Origin: Cyanophora paradoxa CCMP329
Lineage: Eukaryota; Plantae; Glaucophyta
Assembly: GCA_004431415.1 (NCBI GenBank)
Contig: QPMI01000175.1
Coordinates: forward strand, 68,174-132,173
DNA length: 64,000 nucleotides
Reading direction: 5' to 3'
In this document: piece after piece, positions 48,532 through 60,748 of the stretch
Layout of the letters: each line of letters opens with the position of its first letter
How positions within the stretch are numbered: the first letter of the stretch is position 1
Made by a program: the position numbers and the translations under genes
The notes under the pieces: generated by a model
What the model was told of the DNA's origin: nothing
What the model saw: the letters and a program-made list of their open reading frames with translations, nothing else
Databases searched by the model: none

Positions 48532-51500
48532 ATGCTGGTCAAGGAGGACCAGCGCGCGCTCGCGGCGCCCCCGCCGCCGGCTGACGACATGGAGGAGCAC
48601 ACGGGGCTGCCGCCGGGCTGGAAGTACAACATAGACGCGGGCGGCGTCGTGTACTACGAAAACGAGTACAGCGGCGTCGTTTGCTACACGCACCCGCTGC
48701 TGCTGTACCTCAAGGAGGTGCAGAAGCGCGTCGAGGACGGCCGCGGCTACGCCGTCCGCGTCCCGCCGCCTTACTGGATGGACTTTTTCGACCCGCTGTC
48801 CCGCTCGACCTACTACCACAACTTCGTGACGGGCGAGAGCACTCAGGATGTCCCCGAAGGCGGTCCGCGCGCAGCTGCCGACCCGCCCCGCCCCGCCCCG
48901 CTTCTCGCGCCGGCCCCTCACCGTCGCTGCAGACTGGATCATGCACCAGGGCGAGCTCAGCTGGACGGAGCCGCCGCCAGACGGTGCGCGGGCCCCGCCG
49001 CGCCCGCCGCCCGCCGCCGCGCACGCCCGCCGACCGCGACGGCGGGGCAGCTGCGGAGCACCCGGCGCTGGAGGCGCCGGTGGCCAGCCACAGCGAGGTC
49101 ATGGCGGCGGCTGTGCGGATCCAGGCGGCGTACAGGGGCCACGCCGGCCGCCGCCGGGCCCGCGCCTTCCAGCGCGCCCTGCTCGAGGAGTCCGCCGCCT
49201 GCATCCAGTCCGCGTTCCGCGCCTACCTGTCCGCCCGTACCCCCCTGCCCCCCGCACCCCCTTGCACCGCCTGACGCCCCCCTCAGCACGCGGCAGGCGC
49301 TGCAGCAGTCCGGGGTCGTCTGCATACCCCCCCTCGTGCACGAGCTGAGGCGCCCGCCGAAGCCGCGGCGGGTCTTCAACATGCACGGGCACACCTTCCG
49401 GGGCCCCCTCGCCGAGCAGGCCCCGCCCCCGGCCCCCAAGAGGGGCCGAAAGAAGGGACCCGTACCCCCCGCGAAGGGCGCTCGCCGCCGGCCGCGCCGG
49501 AAGGCGCCCCCCGCCCCCTTCCCGGAGGGGTACGACCCGCGCTGGATGCTGCCCCACGAGTTCAAGGTGTACCGGCCCCTGCGGCTCCAAGCCGCGGCGA
49601 CCGCGTCCGTACCCCGCATCAAGCCGCCCGAGCCGCCCCAGGACCCCGACGTGCGCCGTACCCCCCTCCCCCCCTCCCCCGCGCCCCCGCCCCCCGGCTC
49701 ACCCTCCGCGCCCCCCCCGCAGTCGCCGTACCTGCAGCCGCCGGCGCCGGGCATCCAGCTCGCGCGCTCCCGCTCCGCCCTCCCCTCCGGCGCCGCCTAC
49801 GCAGCCTCCCAGCCGCCCCTGCCCCCCTACCTCGCCTTCCACGCCCACCACGGCATGCACCCCCACCCGTACCCCCCGCAGGCGGGCTTCGCCTACCCGC
49901 CGCAGCCCTACCCGCCCCTCGCGTACCCCTCCACCGCGCCCGCGCCCCCGGAGCAGTACCCCCCGGAGGAGCCGCCCCCGCACTCCCGGAAGGGGGTACC
50001 GGACGTCCCGGGCCCGTGGGAGGGGATCGAGGAGATCGTCGGCCGCGCGGAGGACGAGCTCAAGCAGCTCGTGCGCCTCTACTGGGACCTCCGCGTGCGC
50101 CGTGCCGCCCCGGATGGTCCCAGGAGCCGCCGCCGATGCGGTACCCCCCGCGCAGCCGTACCTGGGGAAGGAGGAACCGTTCCGGCTCTTCGAGATCCTG
50201 ACGGCGCCGCCGGCGCCGACGCCGCCCCCGGCGCCGTCCGCCCCGCAGCCGCCGAAGCGCAAGATCACAGTCTGGTGCCACCCCCTCTACCGCGACTCTT
50301 CCCGCGTCTGAAACCGGGGCTCGTCTGGCAGGCACCCGGCGGACCCGCGGCGCCACAACGGGACGGACATCGTGACCGTGCCCGGGACGGTCCGGCCGCG
50401 GCCGCCGGGCGAGGGCCCCGCTCCGCCGCCGGCGCCGGCGCCGGCGCGGAGCCCGCGGGGGGGGCGGGGGAGGGGGAGTCCGTGCTGGAGCGGATGCGGC
50501 GGTACCAGGCGGAGCAGGCGCAGTCCATCGCCCTCGCCAAGTCCTCACGCTCCTCCTGGCAGGCCCGCCCGCCCAGGCCCGCGCCCGCCCTCGCCGGGGC
50601 GAAGGCCCTGACGCGGCGCGCGCGGCGGGCGCAGGCGCCGCTGGTGCGGGAGCAGGCGCGGCGGGTGAAGGGCCCCGTGCTGGCGCCGGCGATGCGGCGC
50701 ATGCCGCTCGAGCAGCTCGATTGGCTCAAGGCGGAGGCGGAGCGCCAGGCGAGCGAGCCGGCGCCCGGGCCGCCTCCGCGCGGGGCGGGGCGGCGGGGAT
50801 GCGCTGGTGGAAGAGGGCCCTGACCCTTCCTTCCCCCGCAGGGCCGCCGCTTCGAGGACCTGGTGGCCGCCGTCGAGAGGGGCAGCCTCTCCCCCCCCAC
50901 CGTGCGGCCCCGTACCCCCCGGCCCCGGCAGCCCCGGGCCCCCTCCCCCTGAGCCCGCTCCCGCAGTCGCCCCGCATCTCCCCGCAGCGGTCGGCCCCTT
51001 CCCCGCCCCGGGTACGCCCGCTTTTCGGAAGCCTGTCACGTACCCCCGGCCCAACGGCGCGTGCGCAGTCCCCCGGGCGGTCCGTCGGCGCCGGGACCCG
51101 CCGGCCGCCGAGGCCGCCCGCGGCCCCCGCTGGAGGCCGGCCCGTCTCGGGCCCCCCGCCAGCGCCCCGGCCCCGCCCCGGCGGCCGCCCCCCGGCCCGG
51201 CGGCGGCCCCGCCCGCGCGGACCGCCTCGCCCTCGCTGGCGCCGCGCTTCGAGGTCGCCCCGCGCTCCGTGAACCTCCCCAGCGGCTCGGTCCAGGAGCC
51301 CATCCAGGTACCCCCCCCCCTCCGCCCCCGCCGGCCAGCGGCCGACGCCCTCGCGCGCGCGGCAGCTCTCGGTCTCGGGCTCGGCGCCGCGGCCCTTCTG
51401 GGGGCGCGAGCTCAACCCGGACGGCTTCCGCCTCAAGCTGGGGACGTGCGCGCCCCTCTACCCCCCCTCCCTCGCCTCTACCCCCCGCTGCTCTGACGGG

Positions 51501-52357
51501 GGGGCAGGCTGGCGGTGGCGCTGGCGCACGGCCCGGTGCCGGTGGATGCCTCGGGCCGCTTCGGGCCCGTCCCCGCCACCCTCCAGCCCGGCCAGGCCCT
51601 GCCCCCCGCCTCGTGCGCGCCCCGCCCTGCATGGGGGAGGAGAGGGAGGGCGCCCCCGCCGACGAGCCGCGGCGGGGCGGCGGCAGGTACACGCTCGCCT
51701 ACGAGGGGGTACACCGCGAGCCCGACGCGCTGGAGGTCACCCACGGCGCCCGCGAGCCGCCCCAGGCCCTCCCGGTACCCCCCACTCCCCTCTGCTCCCT
51801 CGCGCCAACCGCCCAACGAGGCCGCGCCCCGGCAGGTGCTGGTCCAGGAGGCGGAGGGGCCCGTGCGGGCGGCGTCGGCGTCGGCGTCGGCCCCCGGCAG
51901 CGACGGCGACGGCGGCTCGCGGCCGCCCTCCGTCCTCAGCGAGTCGCAGGCGAGCCGGCGCCCGCCCCGCCCGGCCCGCCCCGCCCCGCCGGGCCTGATG
52001 CAGGCGCCCGCCTCACGCAGGCGGGGGCGCGGGCGGCGGCGCACGAGGCGATCGACGCGGCGGCGCTGGGCCTCGACGGCGGCGGCGAGGGGCCGCGCCG
52101 CCCCTCGGGGGCCCCCTTCCTGGCCCCCTCGGCGCCGCCCCTCGCCGCCCGCCCGCCCTCGGGCTCGGCGCCCGCCCGCGGCCCTCCTCGCGCGCCTCGA
52201 GCCGCGGGCGGAGGCGGAGGGCGCGCCGCCCTCGCCCCGCGCCCCCTCGGCGGCCTCCGAGTCCGGCGCGGCGGCCGCCGAGGTCGCCGCCGTGGCGGCG
52301 GAGGCGGCGGCGGGAGCGGCTCTCGAGGGCCCGTCCGAGGCGGAGGGCGCCCCCTGA
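48532..52357 (+). CDS. WW-domain plus IQ-motif proline-rich protein (multi-exon)
   Basis: WW-like GLPPGWKYNIDAGGVVYYENEYSGVVCYTHP and PPPYWMDFFDPLSRSTYYHNFVTGEST. IQ motifs AAVRIQAAYRGHAGRR and AACIQSAFRAYL. Confidence 0.8.
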
Positions 52358-53150
52358 GCCGTCGGACGAGGAGAAGATATTCGTGGCCCCTGCCAGGGCC
52401 CTGCCTGCCTGGACCGATCGCCTTAGCGCTGTAGCTGCAGTAAGAAGCGCCCTTGCGCCTTGCCAGGGCTCGTGGGGGGCTCAGGGCTGGTTACATGTAC
52501 GTACAAATATGCCTGGGGTGCCACGGTGGGATCCGGACCGCAACCGTCGCCTTCGGCGGCTGGGCATGTGCGGCACTTCGGATTCAGGCGGGGCGCCGGC
52601 CGGGGCATGCGCGGCATCGATGTTCACATTCTTGTTAATTGTAATTCGATATCCTCAATTTCAAATTTTAAAATAAGCTGGTTGAAGGATCGATTCAGTA
52701 AGGAAATACTACCCCAGAATGATTACTTACACTGCGACAGTTATGAAACGTATGCGGCACGGACGACGCAATGAATGCTTCGTAAGCGAGGGCTGTGCTG
52801 CGGGATGATCGAAAATATGCACACTGGGATACCGAGTCCAGCTCACTGAACCTGGAAAAGATTGTGCATCCTACGTGCCAATGGAACGAGCCGTAGCTGT
52901 ATATACAAGGACTCTAAAAAAGAGAAAACAAGCTGACGAGGCCGCGGCCACCGAACAAAGACAAAGGGAGCCCGCGGCCGGTGGTTGGGGCGAGCGCGGC
53001 CGGACGCTCGGCACCGCATAAATAGAACCTCTAGGCTCTACCGGTCTCCGAAAGGCGAGGAGCGAGGCTTGGGATGCATGTACAAGGGAAAAGTTGGGAT
53101 GGCGCCGCGAAGAAGGGCCCGGGGGCGGGGGCGGCGGGGCCCCCGGGGGC

Positions 53151-54243
53151 TCAGCACTCGGCGGAGAAGGAGGCGGCCTCGCGGGCGAACGTGTTGGGGC
53201 GCTCGCGGCCGACGCTGGGGGAGAGGGAGCGGCCCGAGGCCTTGCGGAGGGCGGCGTTGGCGGCGGCGAAGCGGCGGAGGGCGATGGAGCTCGAGGAGCC
53301 GCCCTGCCACGAGCGCCGCGCGCGCCGCTGCGAGAGCATCACGTGGTCCTCCAGGGCCGCCTCGCCCTCGCCGGCCTCCCCCGTGCTGCCGCTGCGCTGC
53401 CGCCCCGGCGACTGCGCCCGCGGCGGCGGCATCGGCGTGATCGCCGCGCTCCGGATGCGGATGACGGCGCCGAGGACGGCCCCGAGGGGCACGTCGGGCC
53501 AGTCGCGGAGGAAGCGGACGGGGCGGCGCCCGCTCGAGTCGACGCCCGTGACCGCCTCGACCAGCGCGCCCAGGAACTCGGCCACCGAGCGCCCGTCCGT
53601 CGCCGGGTGCACGCCTGCGCGCCGGCCCGTCAGCGCGCCGGCCGCGCCGCCGCGGGGCGCGGCTGGCTCACATTTCTGGGCGAGGGACGACATGGAGCCG
53701 CAGAAGGCCTTGCGGTCGAGGTGGTCCTTGCCGCTTGCGTCGGCGGTCCAGTCCTTGTCGGCCGTCGCGGACGCCTCGTCGGCGTTGAAGGTCGTCCGCA
53801 GCGCGCGGAAGAGCGCCGCGTGCAGCCTGCAGTACGTGTCCTGCAGCCGCGTGGTGAGGAGGCCGTTCCATCGGGTCGGGACGGGGGCGGGGCCGCACCT
53901 TGGTCATTACGTTCTTCGTGGCGACTGCCTCCCAGAGCTGCCCGAGGAAGAACTCGGTGCTGTTCGGCTCCGCCTCCTCCATGGCGACATCCTCGTCCGA
54001 AGGGGGACTCGCGGGCGCTGGCTCCGCGGCGATGTCGTCCAGCTCGCCGGCCTCGCGCTTGCCGAACGAGCGCGGGGCGCGGGGCGCCTTCGGATGCGAG
54101 TCCCGCGGAGATGGAGGGGAAGGTGTGAGCCGCACGGGGACCGAGAGCGCCCCAGTCGGGCTCGCGGCCGGGGACGCCTGGCTCGGCTCAGCTGCAGGAT
54201 CCGAGGGGTTGAACGCGAGAATCTTCCGAAGTCTCAGCGGCAT
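53151..54243 (-). CDS. Hypothetical protein with a globular core (YCRLHAALFRAL...ADKDWTADASGKDHLDRKAF); multi-exon
   Basis: Protein-like exons joined by short GT-AG introns. No family assigned with certainty. Confidence 0.55.
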
Positions 54244-55771
54244 TGCTGCAAGTGCTGGGAAAGCAGCTGGGAGGTCGGTGTGGCGGCACGTGCAGATGTT
54301 CGATCGCGCAGTGAAGCCGCTGAAGCGCACGGGACCAACCTAGGCCTGGCGGAAGTCCTGGATGATGCGCCGCGGCGCAAACTTGCCAACTTGGCAAGCT
54401 TGAAGTTGGAACTTCGGAAAGATGCACTGGGCTAGCCCACAGTCACTACGGTAGTACAGTACTAGTGCTGCCTAGCAGTGCCTACTATAGGCTAGTACGG
54501 GACAGGTAACCGCTGAGCGGCGGTGACGCCGGTGCCACGGTGAGCGCGCCGCGCGACAGCGAAAACCGGCTCAGGGGCCAGGACGCTTCCAGGACGGCAA
54601 TCGCTTAACTTGGGGGGTAGGCGTACTTATTATGCAAGAACTAGTACTAGTTCTATATATATATCATAACTGCTATGTCGCTTTATTGCGATTCATAAAT
54701 GGAAGTTCTGAACTGTCAATTCGATTCAAATGCATTTAACAACGTTAACAGTTGAACGCGCGCTCCGGTCCGCGTTGCGTCATACTATTTAATAATAAAA
54801 TTAAAGCAGCAAAATCGATTCAGTGTCGGATTCACTGATCGATCCATCGATACAGTAATATGATTCGATATCGATCATCGGCCGCGGATATCGATATCGG
54901 AGGATGCGAATTGCGTCAGATATCTATATATGTCGATTGATTTCCCTGCGCAAACCGACCAATCGAGTTCTGCGCAGACCGACCAATCTTAAAAGCTTAC
55001 TCTGGATCTCGAATCGGTGGGATTCTCTGCCTAAGAAAGCGCTTGCGATTCGTCGGCACCGGAGTCGCAATATTAATAGCGCGCGCTTGTCGATCGCGAA
55101 ACGCGATCGGCCACCGACGGCCAGTGCCGACGGCCACTCGTGCATTGAACCGCCGCGACTCTTGAGTCTTGAGTCTTGACTCTCAAGCTAGAGTCTAGAT
55201 CGATCTTGCAATTGAGTCGTGGAAGTAACTTGGTACCCGGCAAAGGGCCGTCGACGTCATTCGGTTAATTCGAATTATAATTAATTATTCGAATATTCGA
55301 AACCGAACTCGGAATTCGAAGAATTCGAAGGCGGAGGCCTAGGGGCGTCACACACGGCGCCGGCGTGCCACGGACCACGGTGGGGGCCTACTGGCCCAGT
55401 GGGGGGGGGGCATGCGCATGCGCATGCATGCGCATATGCATATATATATGCATGAATCAGCATGCGCAGCATGATGCGCAGAGACGTAATTATTAATTAT
55501 AAGACGCCGGCGGAGGGACGTAAGACGCCGCGTATCAGGGACTAACGTGTGCAACCCCCCCCCCCGGTATACGTCAATTCAAACTCGGCGGCAAATTTTT
55601 GAACATGGCGGCACCGGCGGCACCCGCGGCGGGCTCCGTGCCCGCGGGAGAAATCGAACGTGTCGTGATCCACAGGAAGGGCAGCCCGGATGCGCCGCCT
55701 GTGCATTTCAAGCCGGACATGCTCAACGCCCGCCCCGTTGACGTTGTCCTGCGGCTGCTCAAGACGACTGT

Positions 55772-56012
55772 GTGGAGCTCGACGAGGCAGGGTAGGGAGG
55801 GCGCCCCGGCGAGGAGGAGGGAGTGGGGCATGGCGACGGCCAGCGCCTCGATGCGGGGGCACAGGGCCGCCACCGCCGCCGCCTCCTCCCGCCCCACGCC
55901 CATGTCCACCTCCGCCGCCTCTGCCCGCCCGCCCGCCCGCCCGCTCGGGCCGCGCGCGGCGGGGCGCGGGGCCGCGTCGCGCGCGGAAGGCGCGCACCCG
56001 TGAGGACGTCGA
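55772..56012 (+). repeat. 241-bp copy of F-box gene segment 47500-47740 (exon-intron-exon)
   Basis: No mismatches seen by eye from gtggagctcgacg to gaggacgtcga. Confidence 0.95.
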
Positions 56013-56013
56013 A

Positions 56014-56275
56014 GGCCCCCTCTCCTCCTCCCCCTCTCCCCGGTCGCCGGCGGCGAGCGCGCGGCAGCCGGCCGCGCTGCGCTCCTCGCGCCTCGCCGCC
56101 TCCTCGCTCTCCCTCTCCCTCTCGGCCAGCTCCTCCTTCTCCGCCTCCGCCTCCGCCTCGCCCTCCCTCCAGGAGCTCTTCTCCGACTACTCCATCACCG
56201 GCGCCGACCCCCGCAGGCTCCTCCGCCAGCGCCGCCCCTACCTCTAGCCCTCGCCCCCCGCCCGCCCCTCCGGCC
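56014..56275 (+). repeat. 262-bp copy of EF-hand gene 3' end 45460-45721
   Basis: No mismatches seen by eye from ggccccctctcctcc to cccctccggcc. Confidence 0.95.
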
Positions 56276-56324
56276 TCCCCCTCCGGCGCGGCGGTGCGGC
56301 ACGGGCGGCGTGGCGGCGCGGACC

Positions 56325-56718
56325 CGTAGAAGGTCGAGCGGTGGATGGACCTGCGCTTTTTCGCGAACTCGCCCAGGCGAACGTTGCGTCCCGTCGGATC
56401 CAGCTCCGCGAGGGCGTGCTGAATCCTAGACTTCGCCACAGTGATGCCCGCGGCCCTGAGCGCCCCGCGGATCGCGTCGTAGCCGTATCCGTCGCCGCAC
56501 AAAGTCGCCGCTTCTTCTACGACATCGTAAACTGCCTCCTTTGAGAGAGAGTAGTCCGTCGAGAGGTCGAGGTCGCTGAGCTTGTAGCGCAGGGCGCGCA
56601 TCGAAATCTGGATTTGGTGCTCCTCGTGCAGCAGAGCCACGATCTCCCTCGCCTTTCTCTTCTGAGCCACATACTCCTCCAGAATCTCCGGGTCGATGTA
56701 AATCTCGAAGCCGCTCAT
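56325..56718 (-). pseudogene. N-terminal (Clr5/HTH-like) part of an IS3EU/integrase-type transposase; DDE core missing
   Basis: IVALLHEEHQIQISMRALRYKL...GYGYDAIRGALRAAGITVAKSRIQHALAELDPTG..R..KRR resembles the region preceding the catalytic core of eukaryotic IS3-like transposases. Confidence 0.7.
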
Positions 56719-57493
56719 TGCGAGGCGAACCGCAATGAGCGCCCGCAGCTCCGTGCACTAGGCTATCGCTGTTTTGGCCGGCTGGGGCGGCTCTCCGGCG
56801 GTCTGCCGCCGGCTGTTCCCGCGGTCGAAAAATTCACTGCACCCCCCCTCCCTTGACGCTGTCGTCAAAACCGAGTGCTGGGCCGCGTCGGGCGCGCGCA
56901 GCATCTTCAGCGACCTAGCATCGCATCCGTGGTAGGTTTGAGCGCTGCCGGCATGCATCTGAGTGCCCGAGCTGGCGCCCGCACGCTCGACGGGCGCGCG
57001 TCCAGGGCAGCGCGCGCGCAGCCCGCCCGGCCACACGAACCACTTGTATGTATGATACAAAGACCTCTTACGCTACTAGCTCGCCGGCGCCGCGCCCCGG
57101 GCTCCTGTTCACTATGCCAGGATCGGCTGCCAGGGACTGCCTGCCTGGCCGCTGCCATGCCCGGTGCATGTGCCTACGTATTTGTTCCACCAAGGAGCGC
57201 CCCGCTCGCCGCCCCCTGCCTTGCACCATGACCATATACAACAATCCCTCCGGGAATTGAAGCAAATGCTCCTGGGGGGGGTGCACACCAAGGGCCCTGA
57301 CAGCCGCGCCGGCGCCTCGCCTTAATTATAATTATTTATATCAACGTGTTTGCAATATTAATTGCGCACGCAATTGCGCAGGTACCGGTGCACGTGCACT
57401 CGGATCTAGATCTAGATCGCGGTCGATAGAGCTCGAGATCGCTCGCTCAGCTGCAGCAGAGCAGCTATAGCTAGAGTCGCGCTTCAGCTGGGT

Positions 57494-60163
57494 CTAGAAG
57501 CAGAAGTACTGGTCCGCTCTGAAACCACGCCTCTGCACGCCAAAGACGTTCGGGGGCGGGGGCGGGGCGTCGACGTCGGTGGCCGCTCGGTTCATCGCAG
57601 CGCGGAGGGGCACCGTACCTGGAGGGCGGGTATGCAGGCGCCCTGGAGCATGGGCGGCGGGCCGCACATGAACACCAGCGCCTCCTCCGCCGGGCCCGGC
57701 AGGTGCTCCCTGCCCCCTCACGCAACCCGGCGTCAGAAGGGGAGGGGCGGAACGGGGGGAGGCCCAGGGGCCGAAGCTAGGGGCCGCCGGGCGGAGTATG
57801 AATGGGAAGGGCACCGGATCATGTCCTCCGTGACGAAGCCGACGCTGTAGGGCCATGCTCGCGACTCGGCCGGCTGCGCCCCGCCTGCGATCAGCCGGCG
57901 GGGCGGGGCCTTGCGGGCAGCCCGCAGCTGGCAGGGGCGGCACCCGGGCGCCGCAGTAGGGGCTCACGCTGAACGCCGGTGGCGCCGGCGCCTGCGGCCG
58001 CCCTCAAGCGTCAAACGAAAGGAGACTGGAGAAGGGGCGGGGCGGGGCGGGGCGGGCCCGGTCGACGGTGAGGTGGAGGCGGAGGCGGGCGGGGTGCGCG
58101 TGGGCGAGGGACTCCAGCTCCGCGCGCAGCAGCACCTCCTCCACGCTCTGCCCCCGGGCGAGGTCGGCAGGTCCGAGGAATGCGGGCCGGGAGGGGGGGA
58201 AGGTAGCGGGGCGGCACCTGGTTTGCGAAGAGCACGGAGACCTCGGTGGGGTCCGAGGGGTCCGCCAGCATCGCCCGCACCACCTGCCATCGCCCGTGCA
58301 GAGTCGGCAGCCGCGCGTCAGGGTCGGGGGCGGCCGGGGGGCCGGCACCTGGTAGACGGGCGTGATGCCGGAGCCGCCGGCGATCATCCCCACGCGCCGC
58401 GCCCGCCGCCGCACGCCTTTCACGTCGAACTCGCCTGCGCGGCCGCCGAGGCCGCGGCGTCGGGCCCCGCGGCGGCCCTGCGGCCCGGGGAGGGGCGCGC
58501 GCGCACCCCGCCCCCGGTAGATAATCGAGCCGAAGGGGCCCAGTACGTCCACGGTACCCCCCAAGGGTAGGCCCTCCAGGTGCTGGCGGCCACCTCGGTC
58601 CAGGACGGGGCGGGGGGGGGGGGGAGCTCGAGGGGTACGCGCGCCTGGGTGAAGGCTCCGCCCTCCGGGAACTTCGGGTGCTCGTTCGCAAAGTAGACCT
58701 TCGGGAGTACCGGGGTTGGATCGGGGGGGGGGGGGGTACGCGGGCGACGGCGGACCTTGACGACGAGGTCGAAGTACCCCCGGACCTCGTCGGCGGTGAC
58801 GGGCGTGTAGGCGCGCATGACGTGCCTGCGGCAGGGCGCGCTCGCTCAGCCCCCCGGGGGGTACGGGGTGCGGGAGAGCGCGCCGGCCGGCGACTTCAGC
58901 GGAGAGGAGGACGTGCTGCCCCACGGGGAGGCCCAGCACGTGCTCCCCGCTGGGCAGCCCGAAGCGGAGCCTGCCCGCGAGGGGGCCTCGGGCGGGGCGG
59001 GTCAGACGGGAGGCCGGCGCGGCGCACCGCCTCGTGTTGCGGGTCAGGTTCTCCCTCTCGAGGAGCCGAACCGCGACCTTGTGCCTGGGATCCAGCGTCA
59101 CGGGCGGGCCGCCCGACGCCTCGGCGGCAGCCGCTGCCGCCGCGGCCGGTGCGGCGCCGGCCGCTGGAGATGGTGAGACCCGCGGACGGCGGAAAAGGAT
59201 GGGGGAGGGGGACGGGCAGGGGCGGGGGTACCCCGAATCCAGCTCGGAGGCGAGACGCATCGGCTGTTGGGCACGAAGTCGCCGTCCACGTCGCCGATGT
59301 ACCTGCGGTTCCGGTACCCCAACTCGCCCGGGGGTACACGAGCAGACGCTGGGCGGGGCGGGGCGGCGGCGCGCCAGTCCGCAAGGGAGGCCTTGGTCTC
59401 GGGCTTGTGAATGGCTTCGAAGTCCTCCGTGGACTCGCCGCCTGCAGGCCGTCGCGGTGGGTACGGTGTAAGGCGCGGAGGCGGGGGTACTGGGGCACCG
59501 GCGTTGACGGTGATCGCCTCGCCGCCGGGGTGGTCCTTCACAAAGCCCGTGACGTCGTAGACCTTCCCCGGGGGTGAGCGCGGGGCGCGGGCGGAACGGG
59601 CGGCCGCCGCGGCGGGCTCGCCTTGCCGTGTATCACGAGCCAGAGATCCGTGGGGGAGTTGTGCTTGGCCACCTGGGCGGCGCACCCAGATCAGGCGAGC
59701 GCGAAGCGCGGCCCCGGTCTGCATCTGGGGTCGGGTTGAACGGCTCGCGCCTCTTCCAGGGTGAGCTTTCCAGCGGCTGCCGCAGCGAAACTCCGGCGCC
59801 AAACTGGCGCAAGGGGCGCGTACGCGTGCGGGCGCGGGGCGGTCTGCTGGGCGTGTCAGCGCCTCCAGCCGAGCACCTTCCGCTCGCGTCCGGACCGTAT
59901 GGATTAAGGAGATCGAGCACGCCCGAAGCTTAAGCTCGAGCCGGGCAGCTGCAGGCGACCCCGAGCCCTGAGAACCAGCGCTGGCGTCATCTCTCTCGCT
60001 CCGACGTGCCCGGCCGACGCGTACGCGTGCGCACCAGCGGTATGCTCTGCGCATGCGAGCTCCCGGCGAGCTGCCGAACAACTGAAACCGCGGCTGCCCG
60101 CCCGCCAAGCGGGCCGCTCGAACGCAGCGCCATGCGGGCGAGCAGCCTACCGTTCAGAGCCAT
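57494..60163 (-). CDS. Cytochrome b5 - NADH:cytochrome b5 reductase fusion (nitrate-reductase C-half-like; multi-exon) with a putative organellar presequence
   Basis: b5 domain [36 protein letters not shown]...[11 protein letters not shown] domain [26 protein letters not shown] domain [23 protein letters not shown]. Ends ...QYFCF*. Confidence 0.88.
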
Positions 60164-60748
60164 CGCTAGCGCTATATCAACGACACGACCCGCCGGCAGT
60201 CTGCCAGGCTGCAGCCGGAGCAACTGCTCGCTCGAGCTCGGAGCTGCCAGCCGCGGGCAACGCAGTACCCGGCCCGCGTCAGCATACGCGTCAAATTGCG
60301 AATGTTTACGAAATTAAACGTTATAATTAACGAGCATGCCGATCCCTATATATGGTACACCCGTGCCCGCACCGAAGCGAAGGGATCGGGTTTTCAAGAG
60401 GATCATGAATTCGAAATTCGGAAACATTTCAAGTTAAATTTCGAAGGACGCGCAGGCACGAAATTAGAAAGCCAAGTGAGCCAAGCAGAGTACTAATACT
60501 GTACTATGCGGCAGGCTCACGAGGAGTGGGACTAAACAATGAACTATACTAAATGAAATGGCGCTGGCATGCAGAGCCGGCGCCGACTTCTGTGCTACTG
60601 ATGACATGATACTTATGATCTCGTTGCTCTTTGAAACCCCACTGGAGCCCGGCCCCACCCCACCCCTTCCCCCATCCCATCCCCAGCCCACTAAATCTCG
60701 GGACGCGTCGCCGTCGCCCCGGGGCCAGCGCCGGCGGGGCCGTGCGCC

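Larger units (their letters stand above)
55533..57302. mobile_element. IS3EU-like TIR DNA transposon, internally deleted, carrying captured host-gene fragments (1770 bp)
   Basis: Imperfect TIRs TATCAGGGactaacGTGTGCAaCCCC / GGGGTGCACACcaagggCCCTGACA. Perfect 6-bp TSD gccgcg (55527-55532; 57303-57308). Contains the transposase N-terminus. Confidence 0.82.

Noticed and set aside
35232-60163. Nitrate-assimilation gene cluster (RWP-RK plus NR-like gene)
   Set aside because: The genes are ~19 kb apart with unrelated genes between, and no Moco domain, nitrite reductase or nitrate transporter is seen.
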